Assembly (NCBI GenBank): GCA_965224245.1
Contig: OZ245046.1
Span: 5,248,001-5,312,000, forward strand
Reading direction: 5' to 3'
DNA length: 64,000 bases
Origin: Candidatus Eiseniibacteriota bacterium
Lineage (GTDB): Bacteria > Eisenbacteria > RBG-16-71-46 > CAZAMP01
Shown: in pieces, positions 50,318 to 60,272 of the stretch
Layout of the letters: every line of letters starts with the position of its first letter
How positions within the stretch are numbered: the first letter of the stretch is position 1
Notes under the pieces: model-generated
What the model was told of the DNA's origin: nothing
Seen by the model: only the letters and a program-made list of their open reading frames with translations
Database searches by the model: none
Translations under genes and position numbers: made by a program

Positions 50318-50635
50318 CGATACGGGGGCGTTCGGCTCGCATCGGTTTCTGCGGCGGGTGACAGGTACGCCGGAGTTGCGCATCCGACGATGTGAGGGGC
50401 ACGGAGATCGCCCCGTCCAGTCGGCTTTCGGTCGCCGTGTACTCGGGTACACGTGCTCCGCTGGCGGGCCACGGGTCGCACGGTGTCCAGCGGTGAGCGG
50501 TCACGACCGCGCATCGTGCGTCCGCCGCAGCCATGCGTGGTGACGTCACCCGCTGAGCCGGGCCGCCGCGGTCGATGCCGGCGTCAGGCGTGACCGACCC
50601 CGTGCGATGGCCGCTCGGCCCCGGGCCCCCGACGT

Positions 50636-50882
50636 AGGGTCGGCGAGGGTGGGGCCGGAGTCGCGACTCGTGCGACACCGGTGCCTCGCAAAGCCGCTCC
50701 GACACGAAATGATGCCCCCAGCCGATCTCACGGCCACGCCGTCAGCCGGAGCGACGGAGCGCCCCACCCTCGTCGACCCGGCACTGGAACCCCACGCCGT
50801 CAGCCGGAGCGACGCCGCCGGAGCGACGGAGCGCCCCACCCTCGTCGACCCGGCACTCACCCCAAGCCGTCAGCCGGAGCGA
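50636..50882 (-). repeat. Inverted, diverged copy of the same element plus two partial arm duplications
   Basis: Reverse complement contains GTGAGATCGGCTGGGGGCATCATTTCGTGTCGGAGCGGCT; GCCGTCAGCCGGAGCGAC occurs three times and GCGCCCCACCCTCGTCGACCCGGCACT twice. Confidence 0.85.
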
Positions 50883-51925
50883 CGCTCGTCGGAACGAACC
50901 GGTTCGTCGAGGAACCGGTCGACGAGATCGGGGGTCGGGACCCAGCACGTCTCGGGGCGCCCGAACCACCGGTACCGGTGCCGCGCGACGACGTCGTAGC
51001 CCAGGTCCCGGATCGGACGGGGGACGATCCAGAGCAGCATCGAGGCGAGTCGCCAGGGCCAGCCCAGGTGGAGGCCGATGCGGACCACGGCCGCGGAGCG
51101 CACGTGCACGCGTGGCCCGTCCACGAGCGCGATCGAGTCCACGCCAGCGAGGTCGGCGCCGATCGCCCTGAGGCGATCGGCCGCGGCCTCGGATCCCAGC
51201 CGCGCGAACCGGAAGCGTGCCTCGGGGTCGCGCGCGATGACGAACTGCACCGAGCCGCTGCAGAGGTTGCAGACGCCGTCGAACAGCACGAGCGGGTGTG
51301 ATCGGGAGTCGGTGCTCACGGGCGGATCCCCCAGGGTGACCGGGTGCGCGCGCGTCGGCGCCGCGACCTCGGACAGCGCCGCGAGGTCCGACCACGAGCG
51401 CTCGGCGAGCGAGAACTCGTCGAGCATCCTCACGAGGACCTCGCCGGTCGCGCGGGCGTCGGCGGCCGCACCGTGCGCGCCCGTCAGCTCGCCCCCCACG
51501 AAGCGCCGGAACGCGCCGGTCAGCGAGCGCGGCTCCGAGCGCCGCCAGATCCGGTACGGATCGATCAGCGCGATGCCGGACAGATCCAGGGGCTCGAGCC
51601 CGTGCCGCCGCAAGGCGCCGTCGAGCATCCCCAGATCGAACGACAGATTGTACCCCACCAGCGCGGTTGCGCCCGTGATGCGGGATCGGATCTCGCCGGC
51701 GGCCTCGGGAAGCCGGGGACAGCCCGCCACGTCCTCGTCGGTGATCCCGTGGATGGCGGACGCGTCCTCCGCGATCGGGACCAGCGGGCGGAGGCGCTGC
51801 ACCCAGACCGGGGCGGATCGGCCAAGTCCTTCCTGGATGGCGACTTCGATGATGTCGTCCCGCTCCCTGTCCAGCCCCGTGGTCTCCACGTCGAGGATCA
51901 CGATGCGCGTCGCAGGGTCAGTCAT
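50870..51925 (-). CDS. DEDDh 3'-5' exonuclease in frame with a DCC1-like (DUF393) thiol-disulfide domain
   Basis: DVETTG, GYNLSFD, HGAAAD exonuclease motifs, then LFDGVCNLC...RDLGYDVVARHRYRWFG with no intervening stop. Confidence 0.8.
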   Translation of the reverse strand: MTDPATRIVILDVETTGLDRERDDIIEVAIQEGLGRSAPVWVQRLRPLVPIAEDASAIHGITDEDVAGCPRLPEAAGEIRSRITGATALVGYNLSFDLGMLDGALRRHGLEPLDLSGIALIDPYRIWRRSEPRSLTGAFRRFVGGELTGAHGAAADARATGEVLVRMLDEFSLAERSWSDLAALSEVAAPTRAHPVTLGDPPVSTDSRSHPLVLFDGVCNLCSGSVQFVIARDPEARFRFARLGSEAAADRLRAIGADLAGVDSIALVDGPRVHVRSAAVVRIGLHLGWPWRLASMLLWIVPRPIRDLGYDVVARHRYRWFGRPETCWVPTPDLVDRFLDEPVRSDERRSG

Positions 51926-52185
51926 CGTCCGGTCTCCGGTGCGGGGGACCCGAGGCCCTCGTTGGCATTCGCCCCAACTTCGCAATTTAGGGTTCAGGTT
52001 GCCCCAGAGCAATCCGATCCATGGGGCGACGCGTGTAGCTGGCCGAAAACCGCCACGGAGAAACACCGAGCGAGATCGGTCACGTCACCCGGAACGAAAT
52101 GACGTCGCGATCGAGAGAGAACGCGCGACACGCGGTCTCCAAACCACGGGGCACCGATGGTCGGCGCCCAGCCAGGGAGGATCTC

Positions 52186-53466
52186 ATGGCCATGTCGTCT
52201 ACTCGCACCCTCACCGTCTGGATCGCCGCCCTGGCGACCGCGGTGCCAGCGCTGGCCGGACCGGACGGCAACGCGGAGTTCTCGGCCGAGGTACGCTGGC
52301 GTCCCGAGTCCAGCAGGGCCGAGCTGGCGTCGGGCACCAGCACCGAGACGGTGCAGCTCCTGCGAACGCGCCTCAACGCGTCGTTCACCGCGTCGGAGAA
52401 CACGAGCGCGTTCGTGCAGCTCCAGGACGCGCGCACGCTCGGACAGACCAACGACACGGGTGGACCGACGTCGGGGTCGGTGAGCGAGACGTCCGATCTC
52501 GGGGTGCACCAGGCCTACCTGCAGATCAACGAGCTCTTCAATCCGAACTTCGGTCTCCAGGCCGGCCGGTTCGAGATGAACTACGGCAACCAGCGCCTCA
52601 TCGGCGGGGTCGGCTGGTCGCAGTTCGGTCGCGCCTTCGACGGTGCCCGTATCACCGCCCGCCAGGAGGCGTGGAGCGCCGACTTCATCATGGCCAAGCT
52701 CGTCGAGCGCATGGGTGACGTGTCCGGCAACGAGGATGTCGACCTGTACGGGATCTACTCGACGTTCCATCAGATGAACGCCGACATGTTCCTCCTGTTC
52801 GACTACGACAAGCGCAAGATCGCCGAGGAGCGCCAGATGAAGCGCTGGACGGCCGGTACGTACACGAAGCAGCCCGTCGGCGAGAACATGGACGTGACGG
52901 TCAACGGCGCGTTCCAGTTCGGCTCGGTCGCCGCCGACGACAGCCTGGGCGGCGCGATGACCATGGACCTCTCGGCCTTCATGGCGACCGTGGAGTTCGG
53001 CTACAACCCGATGCAGAGCTCGCGCTCGGAGAGCGGCTTCACGCGCATGGCGGCCGGCGTGGACTACACGTCGGGCAACGACCCGGACTCGGACTCGTGG
53101 AACGCGTTCGACAACCTGTACTACACGGACCACAACTTCCGCGGCATGATGGATCAGTTCACGTTCTCGCCGTCGACGGGGTTGATGGACCTCTACCTGA
53201 GCGGCAGCTTCTCGCCGGCGCCGGACTGGAGCATGACCGCCGCCGCGCACAACTTCACCACGCCGCAGGACTTCCCGAGCATGATGGACGGGGAGGCCGC
53301 GTCCTCGCTCGGCAACGAGTTCGATCTGGTCATCTCGAACAGCTCGCTCGAGAACGTCTCGATCGAGGCGGGTGGTGCCGCGTTCCTCGCGACCGAGGAC
53401 TTTGCGGGACCGGATCCCGACACCGAGTTCTGGGGCTTCCTCCAGGTCTCGGTCGGCCTCCAGTAG
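52186..53466 (+). CDS. Alginate-export-family outer-membrane beta-barrel
   Basis: Signal peptide, LRTRL, FVQLQDAR, HQAY, GRFEMNYGNQRLIG...W...RAFDG, LGNEFDL; GGAGG RBS. Confidence 0.8.
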   Translation: MAMSSTRTLTVWIAALATAVPALAGPDGNAEFSAEVRWRPESSRAELASGTSTETVQLLRTRLNASFTASENTSAFVQLQDARTLGQTNDTGGPTSGSVSETSDLGVHQAYLQINELFNPNFGLQAGRFEMNYGNQRLIGGVGWSQFGRAFDGARITARQEAWSADFIMAKLVERMGDVSGNEDVDLYGIYSTFHQMNADMFLLFDYDKRKIAEERQMKRWTAGTYTKQPVGENMDVTVNGAFQFGSVAADDSLGGAMTMDLSAFMATVEFGYNPMQSSRSESGFTRMAAGVDYTSGNDPDSDSWNAFDNLYYTDHNFRGMMDQFTFSPSTGLMDLYLSGSFSPAPDWSMTAAAHNFTTPQDFPSMMDGEAASSLGNEFDLVISNSSLENVSIEAGGAAFLATEDFAGPDPDTEFWGFLQVSVGLQ

Positions 53467-53485
53467 ACACGCTGTCCTCTGACGC

Positions 53486-53509
53486 CCGCGCGCGCGCACG
53501 CGCGCGCGG
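53486..53509. repeat. Perfect (CG)n palindrome between convergent genes
   Basis: CCGCGCGCGCG-CA-CGCGCGCGCGG, 11-bp arms. Confidence 0.7.
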
Positions 53510-53530
53510 CCTCCCCGTCGCCGCCGGTGC

Positions 53531-55594
53531 TCAGCGCCGGCGGCGTCTCTTCAGCCAGCGATCCAGCCACGCGAAGACCTCGCCGTACCAGTGCTCGCTG
53601 TTGCGCGGCTGCAGGATCCAGTGGTTCTCGTTGGAGTAGCACACGAGCCTCGCCTCGAGCCCCATCGCCTTGTAGACGTTGTAGACCTCCAGACCCTGCG
53701 TGTACGGCACGCGGTAGTCCAGCTCTCCGTGCAGGACGAGCATCGGCGTCCTGAAGCCCTCTGCGTGGCGCATCGGATTGTAGCGATCGAGGCCCTCGAG
53801 GTTGGACCACGGCTCTCCGCCCATCGCGCGACGCCGTCCCTGCGTGAAGTCCGACGCGTACTGCGACTGGAGATCGGCCACCCCGGCATGATTGACGGCG
53901 CACGCGAACCGGTCCGTCTGCGAGCAGATCCACGACACGAGGTAGCCACCGTAGGATCCGCCCGCGATCGCCATGCGGCGCCGGTCCACGAGGCCTTCCT
54001 CGATCAGGAGATCGGTCGCGCGCATGATGTCGATGTACGGCTGATCGCCCCATCGCCCGAGGATCGATGCCGTGAAGTCGTGTCCCCACGACGTCGACCC
54101 GTGGAAGTTCACCAGCGCGGTGACGTACCCGCGCGCGGCGAAGCTCTGCGCGCACCAGCGCCAGTGCCAGCCGTCCCCGAAGGTGCCGTGCGGCCCCCCG
54201 TGAATGAGATGCACCAGCGGCTTGGGTCCCGTCGGTGCGTTCGGCGGCAGGACGACGTACATCTGGACCGGGTCGCCCTCCGCGCCGTCGAAGATGTACT
54301 CGTGGACGGCGCCCGTCCGCACCCGCGACATGGCCGGCTCGGTCGCGTGGGTCGCGCGCCGTCGCCCGCGACCGGAGTGGAGCAACGTGAACACCTCCCC
54401 GGGTGCGTCCAGGGACGACTCGGTCAGCCAGAGACGATCGCCGCCGACGGCCACCGCATCGAACGATCCGCCTCGATGTCGCTGCCGGGGACGGCGCGCG
54501 TCGTCCCGCCGCACCGCCGCGGGCAGATCCAGGTGGAAGATCGCCGACCGACCGTGTGTGCCCGCCACGAGGAACAGATCGCGAGGCGAGGCACCGAACG
54601 CCCACGAGTCGGCGGAGCGGTCCCAGGCCTCGGTGAGGACCGTGTGTTTCCGCGTCCGGCGGTCGATCGCGACCAGTCGAACCCGATCCCCGTAGAACGT
54701 CGCGTCACGCTGCAGTCCACAGACGAGCCAGCGTCCGTCGGGGGAGTAGCGCGGTCCCCAGAGGTTGGCTGCTCCCGCCACACGGATCGCACGCATGCGC
54801 CCACCCCGATCGGGATGCAGTCGCGCGGGAACGCTCACGATGTACACGCCCCACGTGATCGGATCGAACGGGGGCTCCGCGCGCACGGCCGGAAACGCGA
54901 TCTCGCGGCCGTCGGGCGCCACGTCCAGGGGGCCCTCTCCCCACCGGGTGGACGAGGGCGTCAGATCCACCAGCGTGCGCGTCTCGAGATCCAGCACGAA
55001 GACGTGGCGGGCCTTGGCGTCGGTGATCCAGGTATCCCAGATTCGGTACACGCGATTCTCGGTGACGTGCACCTTCACCGGGCTCTCGTCGATCTCCTTC
55101 TTGCGTGCCGCGGTGGCTTCGATCGTCAGCGCGTCGGGGTACAGCGACGAGAAGAACGCGATCCGACGCCCGTCGGGGAGCCAGGCCGGCGCCTCGGCGC
55201 CGAGCGGAAGGTCGGTCACCCGTTCGGGCTCGCCGCCGTCCATCGGCATCACGTAGAGCTGCCGCTGGTCGACGTGCTTGCAGTCGTGCTCGGACGACGG
55301 TCCGTCCTTGGGGCCCGCGCCCGGCTTTCGCAGGAAGGCCAGTCGCGTTCCGTCGGTGCTGAGGGCCGGAGACGTCGCGCTGCGGTCGGGCGCCGTCAGC
55401 GGCGTGGCGTCGCCCACCCGGCGTGAGGAGCCCGGCGGGGCCGACACGCGCCAGAGCCGCGTGATCGAGCGGTTCGCGTCCATTTCGGATCGCCGGATCG
55501 GCACGACGGCGAACGTCCCGTCGGCGGAGGGAACGGCGCCGCCGACGCGGGGAAGCTCCCAGAGGTCTCGGGTGGTGATGGGATCGCGCGCCAT
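53531..55594 (-). CDS. S9 family serine peptidase (acylaminoacyl/dipeptidyl peptidase)
   Basis: PD40-like propeller repeats, IHGGP, GGSYGG nucleophile, DYRV, ENHW; GGAGG RBS. Confidence 0.92.
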   Translation of the reverse strand: MARDPITTRDLWELPRVGGAVPSADGTFAVVPIRRSEMDANRSITRLWRVSAPPGSSRRVGDATPLTAPDRSATSPALSTDGTRLAFLRKPGAGPKDGPSSEHDCKHVDQRQLYVMPMDGGEPERVTDLPLGAEAPAWLPDGRRIAFFSSLYPDALTIEATAARKKEIDESPVKVHVTENRVYRIWDTWITDAKARHVFVLDLETRTLVDLTPSSTRWGEGPLDVAPDGREIAFPAVRAEPPFDPITWGVYIVSVPARLHPDRGGRMRAIRVAGAANLWGPRYSPDGRWLVCGLQRDATFYGDRVRLVAIDRRTRKHTVLTEAWDRSADSWAFGASPRDLFLVAGTHGRSAIFHLDLPAAVRRDDARRPRQRHRGGSFDAVAVGGDRLWLTESSLDAPGEVFTLLHSGRGRRRATHATEPAMSRVRTGAVHEYIFDGAEGDPVQMYVVLPPNAPTGPKPLVHLIHGGPHGTFGDGWHWRWCAQSFAARGYVTALVNFHGSTSWGHDFTASILGRWGDQPYIDIMRATDLLIEEGLVDRRRMAIAGGSYGGYLVSWICSQTDRFACAVNHAGVADLQSQYASDFTQGRRRAMGGEPWSNLEGLDRYNPMRHAEGFRTPMLVLHGELDYRVPYTQGLEVYNVYKAMGLEARLVCYSNENHWILQPRNSEHWYGEVFAWLDRWLKRRRRR

Positions 55595-55738
55595 GGTTCC
55601 TCCCCGGAGATGGACGTGTGTCGAAGGTATCGTCGGCGCGATGGTAGTGACCCCCGTCGGATTTGCAATCCCGGAGCGAGTCGAGGACACTCTTCGGTTC
55701 CCGTGCCGCTGCATCGCATCCACACAAGGAGTTCAACC

Positions 55739-57238
55739 GTGTCCAGCTTCTCGACCCTGGAGGCCACGCTCCGGGAGATCAACGATCTCCGCGCGGCGGC
55801 CGCGGTCCTCTCGTGGGACCAGACGACCTACATGCCGCCGAGAGGCGGCGAGGGGCGGGGCCGGCAGCTCGCGACGTTGCATCGACTCGCCCAGACCCGG
55901 CTCTCCGATCCCGCGCTGGGCGAGCGGCTGGAAGCCGAGCGCGCGCGGACCCGGGACGATCCCGACGGTTACCCGGCACGCCTCGTGAACGCCGCCATCC
56001 GCGAGCGGGATCGCTCGTGCCGGGTCTCGCCCGAGCTCTGGGGCGAGATCCACGAGCACCAGGCCCGGTCGTACCAGGCGTGGGTGGCCGCACGTCCCCG
56101 AAACGACTTCGCGAGCGTGAAGCCCATACTCGAGCGCACGCTCGAGCTGAGCCGGCGCGTGTCCGACTGCTTCGACGGCCATGCTCACGTGGCGGATCCG
56201 CTCATCGCGTTCTCGGACGAGGGGATGACCGTCGAGACGCTGCGCGAGCTGTTCGGGGAGCTCCGGTCGTTCCTGACCCCGCTCGTCGAGGCGATCGCTC
56301 GGGCGGAGGCGCCCGACGACGCGTGTCTCTCCCGCCGGTACCCGATCGAGGATCAGATCCGCTTCGGGGAGGCCGTGATCCGTGACTTCGGGTTCGACTT
56401 CAGCCGCGGCCGACAGGACCGATCCCCGCATCCGTTCATGACGCGGTTTGCGGCCGGCGACATCCGCATCACGACTCGTCTCGACGAGGTGGATCTGGCC
56501 GGCGGGCTCTTCGGCACGCTGCACGAGTGCGGCCACGCGCTCTACGAGCTCGGCATCGATCCCGCGTACGACGCCACGCCGCTGGGAACGGGGGTCTCCG
56601 CCGGTGTGCACGAGAGCCAGTCCCGTCTGTGGGAGAACCTCGTGGGACGCTCCAGGCGTTTCTGGCGGGGGAGGTATCCCGCGCTCCAGGCCGCGTTCCC
56701 CGATCAGCTGGCCCGCGTGTCGTGCGACGAGTTCTACGCGGCGGTGAACCGGGTTCAGCCGGGACTCATCCGGACCGAAGCGGACGAGGTCACATACAAC
56801 CTGCACGTGATCGTGCGGTTCGACCTGGAGCTGGCCCTTCTGGAGGGATCGCTCGCCGTGGCCGATCTACCCGACGCGTGGCGAGAGCGGTACCGGCGGG
56901 ATCTCGGGATCACACCGCCCGACGACAAGGACGGCGTGCTGCAGGACGTGCACTGGTTCTCGGGGCTGATCGGGGGCGCATTCCAGGGCTACACGATCGG
57001 GAACGTGCTGGCGGCGCAGTTCTACGAGTGCGCCCTCGGTGCGCATCCGTCGATCGAGGACGAGATCGAGGCCGGTCGGTTCGACACGCTGCACGGGTGG
57101 CTCCGCGAGAACGTCTACCGACACGGTGCCGCGTATCGCGCTCCCGAGCTGGTCCGGAGGGTCACCGGAGGCGACATGGACGCCGCGCCCTACCGCCGGT
57201 ACCTCACGACGAAGTTCGGCGCGCTCTACCGGCTGTAG
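55739..57238 (+). CDS. Carboxypeptidase M32 (Taq-type)
   Basis: WDQTTYMP, HPF, DIRITTR, HECGH, HESQS, IRTEADE, GVLQDVHW; AAGGAG RBS. Confidence 0.93.
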   Translation: MSSFSTLEATLREINDLRAAAAVLSWDQTTYMPPRGGEGRGRQLATLHRLAQTRLSDPALGERLEAERARTRDDPDGYPARLVNAAIRERDRSCRVSPELWGEIHEHQARSYQAWVAARPRNDFASVKPILERTLELSRRVSDCFDGHAHVADPLIAFSDEGMTVETLRELFGELRSFLTPLVEAIARAEAPDDACLSRRYPIEDQIRFGEAVIRDFGFDFSRGRQDRSPHPFMTRFAAGDIRITTRLDEVDLAGGLFGTLHECGHALYELGIDPAYDATPLGTGVSAGVHESQSRLWENLVGRSRRFWRGRYPALQAAFPDQLARVSCDEFYAAVNRVQPGLIRTEADEVTYNLHVIVRFDLELALLEGSLAVADLPDAWRERYRRDLGITPPDDKDGVLQDVHWFSGLIGGAFQGYTIGNVLAAQFYECALGAHPSIEDEIEAGRFDTLHGWLRENVYRHGAAYRAPELVRRVTGGDMDAAPYRRYLTTKFGALYRL

Positions 57239-57268
57239 GGCGCGTTAGGGGTTCCCGCACGCCGGACC

Positions 57269-58111
57269 CTAGGCGACCGAGCGGTTGTCGTCTCGCTTCT
57301 CGCCTCGGCCGTCTTCCGACGCCCGACGCGTCGCAGGCGTCATCGGTGAGACCCCGGTCTCCGGCGTGTCGGGGAACTGGAAGTCGTCGGGAAGATCGAT
57401 CTCGAGGCTCCGTGACCCGTGGTGCATGTAGGCGCTGGGTGACAGGCACGGAATGCCGTCGGTGGCGACCGCCAGCGGAAACGCCTCGTCCTCGAACTCC
57501 ACCGAGCCCTCCCGGAGCGATTCCTCGAAGGCATCGACCACGCACGACAGGAACTGCGTGCCCTCGCACCGCCGGATCTCCTCCAGCGCCTGGTCGCGAT
57601 CCAGACCGGCCCGATAGGGCCGGTCGGTGGTCAGCGCGTCGTAGGCCGACGCCACGAGAATGATCTGGCTGCCCAGGGGCACGTCGTCACCCGAGAGGCC
57701 TCGAGGGTACCCTCGCCCATCGGGCTGCTCGTGATGGGCGCGGATCAGGTCGGCGGCACCGACGAGATCGGAGACACGGCGGAGCAGCTCGTACCCGACC
57801 TCCGGATGCGTCTGCACCTGTGCGCGCTCGTCGCTGGTCAGGGCGCCGGGCTTGAGCAGGATGTCGCGCTCGATCGCCGTCCGGCCCACGTCGTGGAGGA
57901 GCGCCGCGATCTCGACGTCGCGGAACGCGGACCCCTCGAGGCCGAGCTTCCCGGCGGTCGCCCGCGCGTACCCGAGGATCCGGTTGGATCGACCTCTGGC
58001 GTACGGATCGGCGGCGTCCATGACGGCGGCCATCACTCGGATCACGTAGAGCATGTCGTCGGCGGAGGCGGGCGCGTGCCCGCGCGGTCCTAGATCTGGT
58101 GAATGGCTCAT
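57269..58111 (-). CDS. Stand-alone HD-GYP domain protein with degenerate metal ligands
   Basis: LLHDVG, HHEQPDGRGYPRGL, DRPYR; ATGA overlap with the upstream PilT. Confidence 0.85.
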   Translation of the reverse strand: MSHSPDLGPRGHAPASADDMLYVIRVMAAVMDAADPYARGRSNRILGYARATAGKLGLEGSAFRDVEIAALLHDVGRTAIERDILLKPGALTSDERAQVQTHPEVGYELLRRVSDLVGAADLIRAHHEQPDGRGYPRGLSGDDVPLGSQIILVASAYDALTTDRPYRAGLDRDQALEEIRRCEGTQFLSCVVDAFEESLREGSVEFEDEAFPLAVATDGIPCLSPSAYMHHGSRSLEIDLPDDFQFPDTPETGVSPMTPATRRASEDGRGEKRDDNRSVA

Positions 58112-59178
58112 GCTACTTCCTGACGTGCTCGAAGGCGTTCGAACTTGGATTTCTCGATGGCGTGCAGGTACGCCTCTTCTCCCGTGATCACGGCGTTCTG
58201 TACCAGCTCCATCAGCTTGGCATCCAGACTCTGCATTCCGTCGCGGGCACCGGATTGAATCGCGGACGTGAGCTGGTGCGTCTTTCCGGACCGGATCAAC
58301 GCGCCAACGGCCGGCGTGTTCACGACCACCTCGGCCACCGCACACCGCTCGTGTCCCTCGATCGTCCGCACGAGCTGCTGCGAGACGATCAGCCGCAAGC
58401 TGTCGGCGAGCGAGGCGCGCACCTGATCCTGACGCTCGGCCGGAAACATGTTGATGATGCGATCCACGGTGCGAACCGCGCCGCTGGTGTGCAGGGTGCC
58501 GAGAACCTGGATGCCCGTCTCCGCCGCGGTGATGGCCAGTCCCATGGTCTCGAGGTCGCGCAGCTCGCCGACGAGCACGAGGTCCGGGTCCTCTCGCAAC
58601 GCGGCGTGTAGTGCCAGCGCGAACGACGCGGCGTGAGATCCGATCTCCCGCTGCGTGACCGAGCACGACTTGTGGGCGTGCACGAACTCGATCGGGTCCT
58701 CGATCGTGATGATGTGGCCCTTTCGGGTCTCGTTGATGTGATCGATGATGGCGGCCAGTGTCGTCGACTTCCCGGAGCCGGTGGGACCGGTGACCAGCGA
58801 GAGACCACCGGCGTCCCAGAGCCGCGCCAGCGCGGCCGGGGGCAGCCCCACGTCCTCGAGCGGGATGAGGCTGTTCGGGACGTGACGGAAGACCGCGCCC
58901 AGTCCCGAGAGGTGCCGGTACACGTTCACACGGAAGCGACCCAGGTCCGGTGCGTAGTAGGCGAAGTCCGTCGAACTCTCCGTTTCGAGCTCGTGCCGGA
59001 TCCGGTCGTCGATGATCTCATCCAGAAGACGCTGCATGTCGTCGGCGCTCAGCGACCGGAAGCGAACGGTGTGGAGCGACCCCAGGATGCGGATGCGTGG
59101 CGGCTCGTTGGCCACGAGGTGGATGTCCGATCCGCCCTGCTTCACGGCGAGCTCGAGGAACGCGTGCACCCGGTTCAT
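58108..59178 (-). CDS. PilT/PilU-family ATPase (second copy)
   Basis: SDIHL, RFRVN, GPTGSGKST, TIEDPIE, ALREDPD..LVGELRD, TLHT. Confidence 0.92.
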   Translation of the reverse strand: MNRVHAFLELAVKQGGSDIHLVANEPPRIRILGSLHTVRFRSLSADDMQRLLDEIIDDRIRHELETESSTDFAYYAPDLGRFRVNVYRHLSGLGAVFRHVPNSLIPLEDVGLPPAALARLWDAGGLSLVTGPTGSGKSTTLAAIIDHINETRKGHIITIEDPIEFVHAHKSCSVTQREIGSHAASFALALHAALREDPDLVLVGELRDLETMGLAITAAETGIQVLGTLHTSGAVRTVDRIINMFPAERQDQVRASLADSLRLIVSQQLVRTIEGHERCAVAEVVVNTPAVGALIRSGKTHQLTSAIQSGARDGMQSLDAKLMELVQNAVITGEEAYLHAIEKSKFERLRARQEVA

Positions 59179-60272
59179 GCGGCGCCTCGCGATCCGGGGG
59201 ACGCGTCGGCGCCGGCGAGGTGCGGCAGGAACTCCTTGCGATCGGTCGCGTACCGGACCGCGTCCTCGGGATCGGCGTCGCCGGCGCGCACCAGCTTCAG
59301 GAGGGCATGGTCCATCAGCTGCATGCCGTGCTTGATTCCGGTCGCCATGACGCCCGGTATCTGGTGCGTCTTGCCCTCGCGAATGAGCTGGGAGACGGCC
59401 GACGTGACCGCCAGCACCTCGACGGCGGCCCGGCGGCCGCGTCCGTCCGCAGCCTTCACCAGACGTTGGCTCAGCACGTATCGCAGGTTCTCGGCGAGGG
59501 TGGTCCGGACCTGGTTCGACTGCTCGCCCGGAAATGCGTCCAGGATGCGATCCACCGTCTGCGCCGCGCTTCGCGTGTGGAGCGTGGCCAGCACCAGGTG
59601 TCCGGTCTCCGCCGCCTCCAGCGCCAGCGAGATCGTGTCCACGTCCCGCATCTCGCCGACCAGGATGACGTCCGGATCCTGTCGGAGCGCCGATCGCAGC
59701 GCGCCGGCGAAGCCGTTGGCGCTCGTCCCGATCTCCCGCTGCACGACCAGACACGACTTGCTCGTGTGCACGAACTCGACCGGGTCCTCCAGCGTGGTGA
59801 TGCTCGCCGAGCGCGTCCGATTGACCCGGTCCACGATCGACGCGAGAGTCGTCGACTTCCCGGTCCCGCACGCCCCGGTCACGAGGACGAGCCCGGAGCT
59901 GAGATCGGCGATCTCGTTCGTGATCGGAGGCAGGCTCAGCGACTCGAGGGTCGGCACCGTCTCGGGGATGACGCGGCAGATCATCGTCATGCCGAACGCC
60001 GATCGGCAGACGTTCACGCGAAAGCGTCCGACGCTCTCACTCACGTAGGACAGGTCGGTCGCCCCGACCGAGCCGACCTCGGCCAGCGCCCCCTCGGGGA
60101 GGATCTCGTCCACCATCGAGGCGATCTCGACGTCGGTCAGATCGCGGTACTTGATGGCGGCCAGGTCGCCGTCGAGCCGCACGAGAGGAGGACGGCCCAC
60201 CGTGAAGTGCACGTCGGAGCATCCTTGCTCGCGGCACAGCTTCAGGAAAGCGTCGATTCGAGCGACCATCAC
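59175..60272 (-). CDS. PilT/PilU-family ATPase (first copy)
   Basis: SDVHF, RFRVN, GACGTGKST, TLEDPVE, ALRQDPDVILVGEMRD, TLHT, AVSQLIRE. Confidence 0.92.
   Translation of the reverse strand: MMVARIDAFLKLCREQGCSDVHFTVGRPPLVRLDGDLAAIKYRDLTDVEIASMVDEILPEGALAEVGSVGATDLSYVSESVGRFRVNVCRSAFGMTMICRVIPETVPTLESLSLPPITNEIADLSSGLVLVTGACGTGKSTTLASIVDRVNRTRSASITTLEDPVEFVHTSKSCLVVQREIGTSANGFAGALRSALRQDPDVILVGEMRDVDTISLALEAAETGHLVLATLHTRSAAQTVDRILDAFPGEQSNQVRTTLAENLRYVLSQRLVKAADGRGRRAAVEVLAVTSAVSQLIREGKTHQIPGVMATGIKHGMQLMDHALLKLVRAGDADPEDAVRYATDRKEFLPHLAGADASPGSRGAA

Noticed and set aside
49515-50543. ORFs of 90-230 aa across the repeat array
   Set aside because: Low-complexity Gly/Arg translations in several frames, no RBS or codon bias; by-products of the repeat
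49584-50882. CRISPR array
   Set aside because: Repeat units are 260 bp with near-identical intervening sequence, so there are no unique spacers, and no cas genes are present
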